A program made the translations under genes and the position numbers. Positions 1 through 12,985 of a stretch of DNA of 44,213 bases are shown here, piece by piece. Where the stretch lies: assembly GCA_051942245.1 (NCBI GenBank), contig JAVECL010000145.1, positions 1 to 44,213 on the forward strand, read 5' to 3'. This DNA comes from Trypethelium eluteriae (taxonomy: Eukaryota). Within the stretch, counting starts at the first letter, position 1, and the number at the start of each line of letters is the position of its first letter. The notes under the pieces were generated by a model. It was not told where the DNA came from, searched no databases, and saw only the letters and a list, made by a program, of their open reading frames with translations.

Positions 1-1378
1 GGGTTTTAGTTGAGGAGGTCGTGTTGGATGGAGTGAGCCTAGTGTTCGTGGGGCTTTGTGGCCAGCAGAGAGCTTGTGGGATCGGAAGACTTGGTAAGGA
101 GAAGAGTCGGTGGTGTATGAGTCTTGGATTTGAGATCTGACTGATAGATGACCGGCGGGCACGGGCTGTCTGAGCTTTTGGGCGAAGGAATCGTGTCGAC
201 TTGCCTCAGTCGACCGAGTCAATAAATAAGCCTGGAGGGTTGGCTTTCTCATTCTTGTAACATCTCTGGCGTCGACGAGGTCTTGGCGCTACGGTGGGTA
301 TGATGGCCGGGCTGGAATAGTTTTTGAGTTGCCTTGGTTAGGCCGTATTGCAAGCCTGACGTCGCATTCATGAGCTCGAGGTTTTCTCTAGTCGACATTC
401 GATAAGATATTCTGAGTCACCTCCAATAGCTTTTCTCCTTTCAACCATGTAGGCGACAGCAACTGTCACTGGTCTTGCAGGCCCGTGCCTGTTGAATCCT
501 GCGTTTTCGACCAATTAGGTACAATGTGGCTCCAGATATATCCGGCTGGCTGTCCGTGGTGAGGAGAATCGATCGTCCTTTTGCCGGACAAACGACTTGG
601 AGTCTTTGGATGTGAAGCATCAGTCACGTATGACGATAGGTGGTAGTGCGTGCAATACCGGGCTTATTTAATCAGATCGAAGAGCCGCACTGCCAAGATT
701 TCTGATTGCAACCCCTTGTGGCCGCATCGATCTGGATATTTGGTGGTGTCAATTCGAAATGAACGCGCGCGGAACTGTAGTCCTGTAATATTTTCTTTCA
801 GTATCAGGCTTCATGCTTGTGGTGCGTACACACCTGCCGTTTCTCAGAACTTGCTTGGCGGAGTCGAGGAGCTATTATAAAGCTTTATGCGCTGTACTCG
901 TGTCTGTCAATAAGCATTTCAGCATCGTTGTGAGCTCCTTTTTAGGAAAGAGTAGTGCTGGAAATGTTATCGCTGATTACACTGGCAAATACTTTGGAAG
1001 CTAAGACAGTCCACAACCAATGCAATGTGACCTGAGAAAGAGGTTATACATGAAACGTTGAAGATCAAATAGTCCCAGCTTGTCTTAATAAGGCCCAAGC
1101 CCTTTGGGGGTGTTCTTAGACTTCGGAGGTTTGTTATGCAGATTTGGGGAGTAAGGAATTAGAGTTGTATCACTGAAGGATGGAATGGTCCACTCCTTGA
1201 GTTATTTGAAGTTTAGACAATGAAACTATACAAAGGCGCGGTCTGATCTGACCTTCATTCAGGGGTCTAGCTTTTGGCCGGCCTTCCCGTTCACGGCCCG
1301 CGTTTCGCCTGACGAAATTCGAAGTCCTCCGCTGTGCACTATTTAGAATCCGAGGATGGATATAGTCCTTTTCCAACT

Positions 1379-2350
1379 TTAAGCTCGAGGTTTAGTCTTG
1401 ACCTTAGTAGCCCCACTGTTAACCCTCTTCGCCTCAGGTCTATTGATATGGTGTGCCGGAATCCAGCTCTCATCATAAGCCTGAGCCCCACTGGTGACAG
1501 CCGGTCCATCCGCACCCAAGACAGAAACCTGATCGGTAGGATCCACCTTCTTAGATTGGCCAGATGATCGCTTCGCTCGTTCGCCTCCTTTTCCACCACG
1601 ACGTTTCTGGGGAAACAACTGAGCGACCCAAGTATTGTAGATGAAGTAGCAGGTCCCAGCGAAGATTCCAGCGAGGAAGAGATAGAGAAAGATGCTACAA
1701 GTTGCTCTTAGCAATGTCGTGTGTATTTTGATAGTTTTTGTGGACCTACATTTGCGGATCGAAGATGCTCGTAGGAGCTTCAACAATACTGACCGTCTCA
1801 TTGAAGGCCTGCATAGTATAGAACATACCCTCGTTGTTGCCCAACACGGACACAAGACTCAGGGTCAAGTCCTGAGGGTGCATCTCGGTGGCAAAGCTAT
1901 ACGTCAAGGTCTCCTTTTCTCCCGCAGGTATTTCGACGTTGTATCGGATTGTTGTAAGGTTGCGCACAAGCTGTTGACCCTGGGGACTCATCGTAGGCGT
2001 CCAGAGCGAGCCACCAATGAAGGCGACGGTAATGGGTGTGGGTTCACTATTCTCGAAGGAAAGGACGGCCTGAGTGGGATGGCCGTTGACTAACTTGATG
2101 CCAAAAATTTCCGACTGGGGAAAAGACGCAGAGACAGAAACTTGGAGATTGGGCGTGGAAGAGGGCCCATTCTCGGTGTCTTCTTCAATTTCCTCGATAT
2201 CTTCAACCTGCGAGGAACATGTGGTCAGAATCTAGCCTCCAAATATGCTGGTCTTGGTTGAGAAGAAAAAAAGTATACCTCGATTGCAGCGTGGGTCTGC
2301 AAGGCCTGGAACGCGAGGAGCGCCCACGTCGCGAATTTGGAAAATCCCAT
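1379..2350 (-). CDS. Translocon-associated protein alpha / signal sequence receptor alpha (Irc22-like), ~281 aa, 3 exons
   Basis: Exons 2350-2279, 2207-1750, 1694-1379 join in frame through GT-AG introns. Signal peptide MGFSKFATWALLAFQALQTHA, luminal part with FGIKLVNG...YSFATEMHPQDL...EAPTSIFDPQ, one TM helix (IIFLYLFLAGIFAGTCYFIY) and the tail motif YDESWIPAHH typical of this fungal family. Confidence 0.88.
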
Positions 2351-2530
2351 CACGGCCAATGATACAGCCCCGTAGGCTCGACAAAGAGAGTTTAGATGAA
2401 AAACCCCCACGACACGAGGAAGGAAGGAAAATGAGGATGCTCTGGAGTCGTGAGAGACAGGTGGCTGGGACAAACCGCTTGGAGGCTTGAGCGGAAGCTA
2501 GCCGGGTTGGAAACGACCTCGAGCATCCCT

Positions 2531-2750
2531 TACGGAGTAATGTTTAAACTACGTTACCGCGGGTGGGGGGTTCCTCGACTGGTAATTAATACAATGTTAT
2601 TTCGACTTTACTATTTTGACCTTGTTGGTCCATGTTAACACCGCCTTAACCTGGGCCAACATGGTCATAACAGTTAAACTGAGGTAACATTGTATTAATT
2701 ACCAGTTGAGGAACCCCCCAGCCGCCGCATGGTACCTAAGGTACTCCGTA
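2531..2750. mobile_element. Foldback / MITE-like inverted-repeat element
   Basis: 75-bp arms 2564-2638 and 2646-2720 are reverse complements (63/75 by manual alignment) around a 7-nt loop. Outer ends TACGGAGTA (2531-2539) and TACTCCGTA (2742-2750) are also reverse complements. No coding capacity. Confidence 0.6.
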
Positions 2751-3147
2751 CGAGATTAAGGGACGAAGAAAATTGTGCTGGCCCATTGACATCGTTTCAG
2801 ATCCTTCGTTATTCTATATACACAAGGCATCCAGATTGTCCTTCTGCTCTCCATCAGAGTTGCGTGTCCGCTGGATAGTCTCCATCCGCGCTGGCATGCC
2901 CGCGATGGAGACGTTTCTGGAACCCAATGACTCTAGACGCCCGCAATATCACACGTGGGGAGTTGAACCGATGATCTGTAGGAACACGGCATGGGTGTGA
3001 TTCACGTGTGATATAGGTAGGGCGAGTAGATTCCTAAACTGTTGCCTTCTTCTCACTACACACCCTTCGAACTATAAAAACTCTCTCAACGCCCCAACGC
3101 CATCTTCACTTCTACATTCACCTTCACCTTCACTTTCAGTACGAAAA

Positions 3148-5043
3148 ATGGCCTTGAATATGGAGGCCGTTTCCAAGAGAGTCGATGATGGCACGATCAC
3201 GGCTCTTCGCGGCCGTTACCACCAGATCAAGACCATCGAGGAGCAGAAAGACCTTCTCATTGAGGTAGCCTACAAAACCATTCGCCACCATTCTTAGACT
3301 AACGTCCCTATTAGGAGCTTTTTGCTCGATACGAATATCTGAGTCAAATTCATAAACAGGACGGAGAGCAACGTGGAGAAGAACGCAAATACCTACTTCA
3401 AAGCGCTGAAGATAGGGAGAAAGGTCTGAAGGCGCACATTAGTGAATTACAAAGTCGCCTGGTAAGACTTTCCCAAAAGTACTCCATTAACTCAAAGCTA
3501 ATCCTCACAGAAACTTGCTCCTTTTGTTTTGGTTCTCATCGACCTCGATGGGTTACTCGTGAGTCATCCCCTACGAGGATCTGGCGAAGGCTACAAATAA
3601 ATCCCCTTTCACAAAGAAGATTCCCTGGAGAACCTCTAGCTAATACCAGTGCAGTTCTCAAACGACTTTCTGCGCGAAGGAGACAGCGGTGGCCTCCGGG
3701 CTGCTAATGACTTGCACGATAGAGTCCTTGAATATGCCCAAAGCGTGTTCACTGATCTGCCATCCGAATGCACAGTTCTTGCTCGGTTCTATGGCAGGAT
3801 GGACAATCTTGGGAGCTGGCTACTCCGAAATCGTATCAGTCCCTCAATCCTCCGATTTGTTGAATTTTGCCAAGGCTTGATGAGGGGCAACAAGCTATTT
3901 GATATGATTGATACTGGATCTGTTTGGTTTGGCGCTGATGACAAGATACCTGGTATGTGCTGTTCGCAGAACCCTTCTGGGACATGTAGAAACTAACATA
4001 GAACCGGTTTAGAGCTTCTCAATTTGCACCTCCACAATACCCACTGTCGCGGAATCTTTTTCGGTGGCCCCCGCACCGCTGCCTACGTCCAAATGCTGGA
4101 ACGCATCGGAGAGCAAAACATGCAGCACAGAGTAACATTAGTAGAAGCTCCATCGGAACGGACTTGGGCTGGAGTGCCTTTTGCAACGACCCAACTAGGA
4201 GACTTGTTCCGAACCTCGACGATATCGAATCTGTCTACGCCTTACGTTAGTCGAGTGGCTAGCAAAAGTAAGACACCCCCAGCACAATTCATCAGCAAGG
4301 AGTCATCAGAATCAGAACAGAGCTTTTGCTCTGTGGCCTCGCGGCAAACCACGCCTCCCGGGTCGCAGCTGTCAGAAATGCAGGTAACTGGTCCAGCCAC
4401 ACCAATTGCTGAAGACCAGCAGACCTCTGCTCTACAACCAAAATCAGAACAGAGTTTTTGCTCTGTGGCCTAGCAGCAAACCACGCCTCCCGGGTCACAG
4501 ATGTCAGAAATGCAGCTAACTGGTCCAGCCACACCATTTACTGAAGACCCGCAGACCTCTTCTCTACGAACAGAATCACAAACATCGGCTGGGCCTGCAC
4601 AGAAGCCAGTCAGCTTACCTCAAACTCCAGAACCGGAAACTAGGTTGGATCTAGATTACATCCCACGCAATCGAAAAGGGCAGCGCATTGATTCCGAGCT
4701 TCCTAAATGGGAGAAGCACGAGTCCATCCGGGTCCGTAATCTCGGGCTCTGCTACACTCACTACCTCCGCAACGACTGCCCCCTCGGCGAGAAATGCACC
4801 AAGAGACACGACTACAATCCTACTGAAGCAGAGATGCAGACCTTGAAGCTACGCGCAAGGATTGATCATCCCTGCGTTCGAGGCCCCGCATGTGCAGATC
4901 CCAAGTGCATCTATGGACATCATTGCCCACTGCCGTCGACTATGAAGGGACTTCGTCTGTGTGTCTTTCAGGAGTACTGTAAATTCCCTCCGAATTTACA
5001 CCATTTTGACACTCAACCTTTTGCGGGGAGCAAGGCAACTTAA
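3148..5043 (+). CDS. Fungal CCCH zinc-finger protein; last exon contains an in-frame TAG at 4471-4473 (possible pseudogene or unannotated intron)
   Basis: Exons 3148-3264, 3315-3461, 3511-3558, 3655-3952, 4013-5043 join in frame. N-terminal coiled-coil-like region, PFVLVLIDLDGLLFSNDFLREGDSGGLRAA, HCRGIFFG, and C-terminal IPRNRKGQRID plus C-x8-C-x5-C-x3-H (CYTHYLRNDCPLGEKCTKRH) and CVRGPACADPKCIYGHHC. ORFs 4024..4473 and 4501..5043 share one frame. Confidence 0.75.
4310..4573 (+). repeat. Two-copy 132-bp (44-codon) tandem duplication inside the CCCH gene
   Basis: AATCAGAACAGAG(C/T)TTTTGCTCTGTGGCC starts at 4310 and 4442; the copies stay aligned without indels to ~4573. Confidence 0.95.
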
Positions 5044-5427
5044 AAGGGAGAAGAGAAATTGAATGCCAAATCCGGGTTGAGGAGACCCCCAATGGAATTT
5101 CGGGCTGTAGGTGTATTTGAGATGCTTTTTTAGAAATAGGAGAAATGAGATATCAGCAATTAAACTGCACTTTGCTTAAATTTAGTCATATCCTAATGAG
5201 GCTTGCCCCAATAGTTCTGTCCGCTGGTATGTTCTCGTAATTTTGGTAGGATTCATGCAGCGCGTAACGCTCGGTGATCCTGTTACTTTCACCATACAGT
5301 ACCTTATCGCGGTTGGGGGGCTCTTTGACTGATAATCAATAGAATGCTGTTATGGCCTTATTGGCCCATATTCACGCCGCGATAAGGTAGGTAACTGGTG
5401 TCAACAAGGATAAGGTGGTCATGTCAT

Positions 5428-6367
5428 TCATTCCTTTTTCCACTCCACAAACTCCTCAGCTATATGGTCCTTCAATCGTGCAAAAGCATTCCCGAAATTC
5501 TTCCCACACCGCCAGCACTTCAAATCCGATTGTAGATACCCTTCCCTTCCCGGATGCCTTCTCTTATCATCGTCCGCAAGAGGAAATTCGTCGATGTCGA
5601 CGAAGAACGGCGTCTTGAAGCTATTATAGTGTTTCCGGTGCTTCATCTTTTCACTGTACATATCTTGCGATATGACATGGATGTGCAAATGATTCATCGA
5701 CGGGTGAGCATGGATGCCCACTCTGACTTCTTGTGCCCAGTCTCGCCCCGGAGGGAGGGAAGCCCCGTCTGAAGGCAGCTCCTCCGCCTCCAGCGCTGCT
5801 CGCCGCGTGGATTCCATAGCTGATTCGGACCCAAAGAGATGGCGGAGCTCGCTTGCCGCGAAATTACGCCATTTTGACGCTTCGGCTTTAGCAGAAGCAA
5901 GAAAGTCGGGGTCGAAAAGGGCATCGAAGGGGTGTTGGGAGTTGATTGCAGGATTCCGAGGAAGGAGAAGGAGATGTACTATTGCTTTGGGAAACATGTC
6001 ATGGATTACGACCCAGTTGTCATCGGCATGGAGGACAACGGTAGGTGGGAAGGCAGCGGGGTCTTTGGTGTAGGCAGCGAGACCATCTCGATCACGGCCA
6101 GCTATGAAACGGCTCGCAGACTTCTGAGGTTTGTTTGATGTATCCGTCACAGGTTTGGGCTTGCGCGACATGAGTTCCGCGACTGCGTAGGCGCAAAGCG
6201 GGTTAGCATGGTCACTAGGATTAGAAGTAAAACGGCTTTTTCCTACAAGCGTTTGGTTTTCCCAGATTAGACGAGGACTGCTCTGGCCTTGAAAGAGATG
6301 TGGATGTGGCGGCCATTTCCTCCTCTGTAATGCCATCTTCAGCGCTCTCCTTGGGTGACACTGCCAT
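5428..6367 (-). CDS. HNT3: Aprataxin-like HIT-family protein, ~291 aa, 2 exons
   Basis: Exons 6367-6247 and 6182-5428 (junction gives NAFAELM). DMFPKAIVHLLLLP, HIT-like HAHPSMNHLHIHVIS, KHRKHYNSF and C2HE finger CWRC...HIAEE. Confidence 0.93.
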
Positions 6368-6815
6368 ATCTGGCTGCTATGGGTGAAGCTGTACGGAGCC
6401 AGTGAGCTTCCATATCAGCCTATACTATCTACCGAACGGCGCATCAAACAATTTGTGTAAGCCTTGATCCAATGTGCGGTCATGTATCTGTGATAGCAAT
6501 TCGCTAGAAAACGGCGTTGCCATCGCTGTCTCTTTCATACATAAATGAAGTTTGGGTGTTTGGATGACAGTGACGTAGATAAATACGGGACGGGCAGGTG
6601 CAGGCCAGGGAAATTTATTTCAGCCCTACCCGCTCTCGCACGCCGGAACCAGGGTCCGTCAATGACGGTGTACCTCTATATACCTTATGTACTGCAAAAC
6701 ATTTGACCATGGCGTGGCACCAGGAATTTGCATGCTCGCAACCAGTACCTCTGAACCAAAGTTTTCTCATGGACTCGCATTCGAACACTAACACATCCGA
6801 TCCTCTCACGGCAAT

Positions 6816-9800
6816 ATGCCCAAAAACCCCCATCCCCCTCGAGGCCCGGCCAAAGGCAAAAAGCGTTCGACAACAGCGTCAACCGATGAAGATACAAGCT
6901 ACATCGTCTTCTCAAATTCAAAGAGCGAACAAAAGAAGGGCAAGAAATCCGAAACTCCATCAGCAGCGGAGAACTCCGCCAATGTGAAAGGCAAGAGCAA
7001 AGAATCCTCAAATCCGTCGAACCAGGACGATGCGGCCAAAAAGCCCGACACACGAACTCTTATCGGAGGAGCGTCATGGACGGGCAAATTACCTGTAACC
7101 TTGCTATCGGAGCATTGTCAGAAACAAAAATGGCACAAACCTGAATATACAATGGTAAGATATTGGCTCTTTTGAATTGCAACTTTTGTTATTAAAACTT
7201 TTTCAAGACAAAAGTAAAGGAGGGCTTTAGGTCGTCGGTCATCCTGAAAACGGAGAACCCTAAGACCAGAGAGGTGACTACATTAGCGCCTTTCCAGCTC
7301 CCTCCTCCTCATCAAGAGCTCTCCACACAACCCACTGCTGTGGAGGCCAGGCATTTTGCCGCCGCCTATGCTCTCTTTCGCGTAGGCAACATGCGGAGCC
7401 TACATATGTCAATGCCACCCAAATACCGTGATTTATGGAAGGGTACATTTACAGATTTGATGAAGGAAGATCAGAGCGCCGGAGGTGGTTGGAAATATGA
7501 GGCTGACCCATTCATGGCAAAGAAGGAGAGAGAAGAAGCAGCGGCGGCCGCTGAGAAACGGCGGCAAGATATCCAGAAACGCAGAGATCAGGACTCTAAG
7601 CAGCCCGGCTTTTCAGGTTCCAATCCGGGCGATGTGAACACCAAGTCAAGTAGTGGTGCCAATCTCAAGGGCTGGACGAGAGCAGTGAGAGTCGAAATGG
7701 GCAGGAAGACGCGGACCCAGGTCGAAAGCCTTGTACGGCGATATGGAGCATGGAATCCACACCAAGTATCTCTTTCTGGCATTGAGCAATCAAAACTCAT
7801 CGAGGAGGTGACCGGGCTAGGGTTCCGTCGTAGTCATGTTGAAGAGGCCACAAAGATATGTAAAGATCGGGAGGAGGTTCTGGAGTGGCTTCTTATTCAT
7901 GTTCCAGAAGACGACTCACCTGCGTGGGCTTTGCCAGAAAACTATGTCGCTGGTGTATCGATGGCCACTGGAGATTTGAAGAGAGAAGCAAAGATCAAAA
8001 GGCTCTCGGTAGCGGGATATACATCCGAAGTCTGTGAAGAAGTGCTTGACGATCACAATGGCGACGAGCTTCTTGCCGCCCAAGCTCTACAAGAAGCGCT
8101 GGTGAAGGGAGGCACAACTAATGAGCAAGATTTGGGTCGGAATTCAAATGACAAGAGCATCATTCCTCATCAACCCGATTCGCTCCAAATCTGGAAAGAA
8201 GAGCAGGATGTGCTTAAATCAATTCTTGGAGACAGATACACCGATCCGGAGAATAGTGCTGAATATGAAGGCTGCAATATCCAGTTAGAAGTGCACCAGA
8301 CACTTGACCAAACGTTCACTCTGCGCGTCCGCAGACCTTCAGTGGGATATCCTAACAAGTTACCAATTATATCTCTAGAGGCCAAGATTCCTGCCTATAT
8401 CCGTTTGAGCATTACGAAACAAGCAGTAGAGCATGCTCGAGCCAATTTTCTTGGTGAGCAGATGCTTTTCAATATTGTGGACTGGCTTGAACAAGAGATA
8501 CCTCGAATTACTGAAAACCCTGGAAGGCTAAGTGAAATTGCTACTAAGCCATCGGCAACTTCAAAGATTGAAGGGCTCGATGGTGATGCTCGTGGATATT
8601 CTGGACATCATCGCAAGCCCAAGCCAATCGATTGGACGCCAGACACCACATTGAGCCAAATCGTACTCCAGGAATGGCAATCGAAGCAGAATATACCTGC
8701 TGGGCAACAAATGCTGCGGGTGAGACAGTCATTGCCAGCGTGGAAAATGCAAGAGGCGATAGTCAATACTGTTAGTGCCAATCAGGTCGTCATCATTTCC
8801 GGCGAGACGGGGTCTGGCAAATCGACTCAGTCCGTCCAGTTTATTCTCGATGATATGATCAAACGAAAGCTTGGAGGCGCAGCCAATATCATATGTACCC
8901 AGCCTCGTCGAATATCAGCCCTTGGTTTAGCTGATCGAGTTGCCAATGAGCGCTGCTCGAAGGTTGGAGACGAGGTTGGGTACTCTATCCGAGGGGAATC
9001 ACGAATGACTCAAGGCCGTACGCGCATCACGTTTGTTACTACAGGTGTGCTCCTGCGCCGTTTGCAAACCTCAGGGGGCCGAACAGACGACGTTGTTGAT
9101 GCATTGGCGAATGTTAGTCATGTAGTTGTTGACGAAGTCCACGAGAGAAGCTTAGACACCGACTTCCTGTTGATTCTATTGCGAGACGTACTGGCAAAAC
9201 GAAAAGAGCTAAAAGTCATTCTCATGAGTGCTACACTTGACGCTGAAATCTTCGAGAATTACTTCCGGCCTACAGTTTCTGTGGGTAGAGTTGAGATTGA
9301 AGGCAGGACCCATCCAGTCCATGATCACTATCTAGATGATGTCGTTCGCATGACAGGCTTTAGCGGCTATTCGCAAGAAGCCATTGAAGGTACTAACAAG
9401 AATCAGACTTCGCTCTCCGGGACCTTGCGTAGCATCGGAATGGCAATCAACTACGAGCTCATTGGACAGACTGTCGTGCACATTGACAGAGAATTGGCAG
9501 GGAAAGATGGTGCCATTCTCATCTTCTTACCTGGCACAGCTGAGATTGACAAGACACTGCAAGTGCTTCGGGGAATACCCAATCTTACTGCCTTACCGCT
9601 TCATGCCTCGCTACAGTCTTCTGAGCAACGCCAAGTATTCCCACCGCCACCACGGGGCAAGAGAAAGGTGATCGCAGCCACCAACGTAGCGGAGACTTCC
9701 ATCACTATCGAGGATGTGGTTGCCGTGATTGATGCCGGCCGTGTCAAAGAAACAATCTTCGACCCCGAAAATAACATGGTGAAGCTTGAAGAGGTTTGGG

Positions 9801-11050
9801 CGTCACGCGCAGCCTGCAAACAACGTCGCGGAAGAGCTGGCAGAGTGCGGGCGGGCAAGTGCTACAAACTGTATACTCAGAGTGCGGAGATGAACAAAAT
9901 GGCCGAGCGCCCCGAGCCGGAGATCAAGAGAGTTCCACTGGAGCAGCTCTGTCTGTCAGTCAAAGCCATGGGAATTAGCAACGTGCCTTCATTCTTAGCA
10001 AGCGCTCTGACCCCCCCATCAAGCCTGGCTGTTGAGAATGCTCTTGATGTTCTTGAGCGGATGAGCGCTTTAGATGGTCAGGAATTGACGGCTCTAGGAA
10101 GACACCTCGCGATGATCCCAGCGGACCTGAGATGCGGCAAGCTGCTCGTCTACGGAGCCATCTTCAGCTGTTTGGAAGCATGCCTTACAATCGCTGCTAT
10201 TTTGACCGTCAAGAGTCCCTTTGTCTCACCACAAAGCAAACGTGAGGAGTCAAAATCAGCTCGGTCCTCGTTTGGTAACGGGCAAGGCGATCTATTGTGT
10301 GACTTGAGGGCGTACGAAGGCTGGTCTGAGCAGCGACAGAGTCTGACTCCCCACGCGGTGAAAATTTGGTGCGGTGATAATTTCCTGTCCTCTCAGACGC
10401 TGTTTGATATCACAAGCAACCGCATTCAACACCTGTCATCGCTCAAGGACGCGGGTTTTATCCCTGCCAACTATCAGAGTTCACGTGCAGAAACTACTAA
10501 GACCTACAACAGCCAAAACGGGAACAACGCACTCCTACGAACGATTGTGGCTGGAGCATTCAATCCGCAAATCGCACGCATTGAGTTTCCAGACAAGAAG
10601 TTTGCGGCTTCGATGTCGGGGGCGGTGGAGCTGGATCCTGAAGCGCGAGCGATCAAATACTTCAACCAGGAGAATGGCCGAGTTTTTGTGCACCCGAGCT
10701 CGACCGTCTTTAATGCACAGGCTTTTCCAGGATCATCGACATTCATGAGTTACTTCTCAAAGATGGCGACAAGCAAAGTCTTCATCCGAGAACTGACCCC
10801 GTTTAATGCGTATTCTTTACTGTTGTTCTCTGGTTCAATCCAGCTAGATACCCTGGGGCGAGGACTGGTCATCGATGGGTGGCTGCGACTACGGGGCTGG
10901 GCGCGTATTGGAGTGCTGGTATCGAGATTGCGTCTCATGCTCGACGAAATATTAGCGAAGAAGATCGATGATCCCGCGCTTGGTTTAGAGGGGAATAAGG
11001 TCATCGATACGGTAAGACGACTAGTAGAGCTCAACGGTCTTGACCAGTGA
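6816..11050 (+). CDS. DEAH-box RNA helicase with UBA-like and RWD domains (DHX57/YLR419W/Ucp12 type), ~1393 aa
   Basis: Exons 6816-7154 and 7208-11050. Motifs GETGSGKS, CTQPRRISA, DEVH, SAT, TNVAETSITI, QRRGRAGR; N-terminal SWTGKLPVTLLSEHCQKQKW; LEWLLIHVPEDD. Confidence 0.93.
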
Positions 11051-11486
11051 AGCATTTTTGCCAAGCCATTATGACTTTCCATAACCTATATACATGGTTG
11101 CCAAGAAGAGTTGAGACATAGGACGCAAAGTCTGGAGCACAGTCATGCCAGGTGAATCCATATGATCCAATTGCATATAGATTAGCAATCAGAGAGCAGG
11201 TATCAGGAAATAAACTTGGCGGAGGCTTTTTCTCGTCCGCCGTGCTTTGAGGAGGGAATGACGGAGTGCCTTAATTAGGGTACCTTACCTATCCAACTCA
11301 TTCAACTTACCACGTGGCATTCCTTGTACCTAACCTAACCTAGCCGCGCATCCTGGGAACTGTCCTCGACGTCTCTCCTCTAAACTCCGAAGTCACGCTG
11401 ATTTATTCTCACATAGCGGGTCCTTGTGTAGACTTGAAGCTGGGGCTTCCTCCACTGGCGTTCGTCTCTTTCGCTTCCTTTTCATC

Positions 11487-12482
11487 ATGTCGACTCGCGG
11501 ACAGTTCAATACCAAGAACCCCACCATTAAGCGCATCTGTAATGCTCGAGTCCAGGTGCATAGTCTAGAAACCCTATCCGCTAACAGGTAAGCAGTGAAA
11601 GAGGCTTCAGAGCTCGCCAACAACCCCTCCCCAGATTATCACGCAGAGCCTCTGGAAAACGATCTCTTTGAGTGGCACTTCACCCTCCGCGGCCCTCCAG
11701 CACCATCACCATACGCCAACGGCATTTACCATGGCCGGATACAATTACCTGCTGCATACCCGTTGCGCCCTCCCGCCTTCCGCTTCCTTACTCCCACTGG
11801 CCGATTCGAAGTGAATCGTGAGATTTGTCTAAGCATCAGTGGACACCATGAGGAGTCATGGCAGCCGGCCTGGGGGTTACGCACTGCTCTCGTGGCGATA
11901 CGGAGCTTTATGGACACCAACGCAAGCGGTCAATTAGGTGGTATGGACAGTTCTGAAAGTGCGCGGAAAAAGATGGCGGCCGACAGTTCAGCTTGGAAGT
12001 GTGCCGGTTGTGGCATGACCAACGGCGAGATCATGAAAGAGCGAGAGGATGCCGTCCGACAGTTACAGGACTCCGGTAAGCTAAAGGAGGAAGAGGTTCC
12101 TGAAGAATTGAAGCTGGCGTACCGGGAAGATCTACAACAACAGCCCGCAGCGCAATCTTCGGCTGCACCACAGCCAGAGCCAACTTCAGCAGGCACCTCT
12201 GCTGAGACACCTCGTTCTGCGCCGAGTACGCAAGAAACGTCTGCTTCGTCTTCGCGAGGTGTCACAGCTCGTTCAATACCGATAGAGTCAGCTCCGAATC
12301 CAGCACAGAGTACACCTGTGCCAGTCAACACCCGACCTACACTAACGCCAACACGTACAGTTGCTCCAAGAGCCCAACCGCAGCCGGTTCAGGGATCTCA
12401 AACGAGTGACGACTGGCTCGATAAAGCAATCTGGGGCGTCATTTTTGCTCTGGTTCTGATGGTCGTGCGGAAATACTTGTGA
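11487..12482 (+). CDS. Tail-anchored ubiquitin-conjugating enzyme E2 (Ubc6/UBE2J1 type), ~312 aa
   Basis: Exons 11487-11538 and 11596-12482 give NPTIKRILKEA; NDLFEWHFTLRGP, YHGRI, TPTGRFEVNREICLSISGHH (active-site Cys) and C-terminal TM WLDKAIWGVIFALVLMVV. Confidence 0.93.
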
Positions 12483-12985
12483 TTTGTCCCCAGAGCTTAA
12501 TGATTACGATACTTGCATCGGCTAGGCGTTTGCTTGGTCAAGACTCAAATTTTCCCTGTGGGCTGGAATAGAGCTTGGTACTCGTGTATGTCTTCCCAGT
12601 ATCTAGACCATCCACTACTTCAGACTCGGAAGCGTATCGAATTACTCGTCATGGCACCCTTTCATCTGCTGAGAAATTACGTCTCAAGGCAAGGCTCTGA
12701 AAAGCCAAGTCTTGAAGATGAGTCTGTCATCTTGTGTGAAGACTCTCCCGTTATATACAAATAAGCCCATGTTCTGGTGGCTCAGGCTGGCTGTCTTAAA
12801 CCTTCAGAGATACCTCTGCAAATGAGGCTAACGTTTTACAAAGCTAGAGTACAATCTGGCGTTGTCCAGTTTTTAGTCCTGAACCCTCAACAACTCTTCC
12901 TCAGAACTCCAGTCAACTTCCATTTCACTAATTTCTGAACTTCACGAACGGAATTTTCAATACATCTGAAAAGGATATCAATGCA

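Noticed and set aside
1..252. Minus-strand frame open from ATG 252 to the left edge (MRKPTLQAYLL...)
   Set aside because: Only 84 codons visible, no recognisable motif, no convincing upstream exon; could be a gene fragment but cannot be supported.
11270..11345. TTAGGG and CCTAACCTAACCTAG telomere-like words
   Set aside because: Too short and degenerate; ordinary low-complexity promoter sequence.
11581..11595. CTAACAG|GTAAGCAG at the end of the E2 intron, resembling a recursive or nested splice site
   Set aside because: The first AG is too close to the branch A; the AG at 11594-11595 gives the correct frame.
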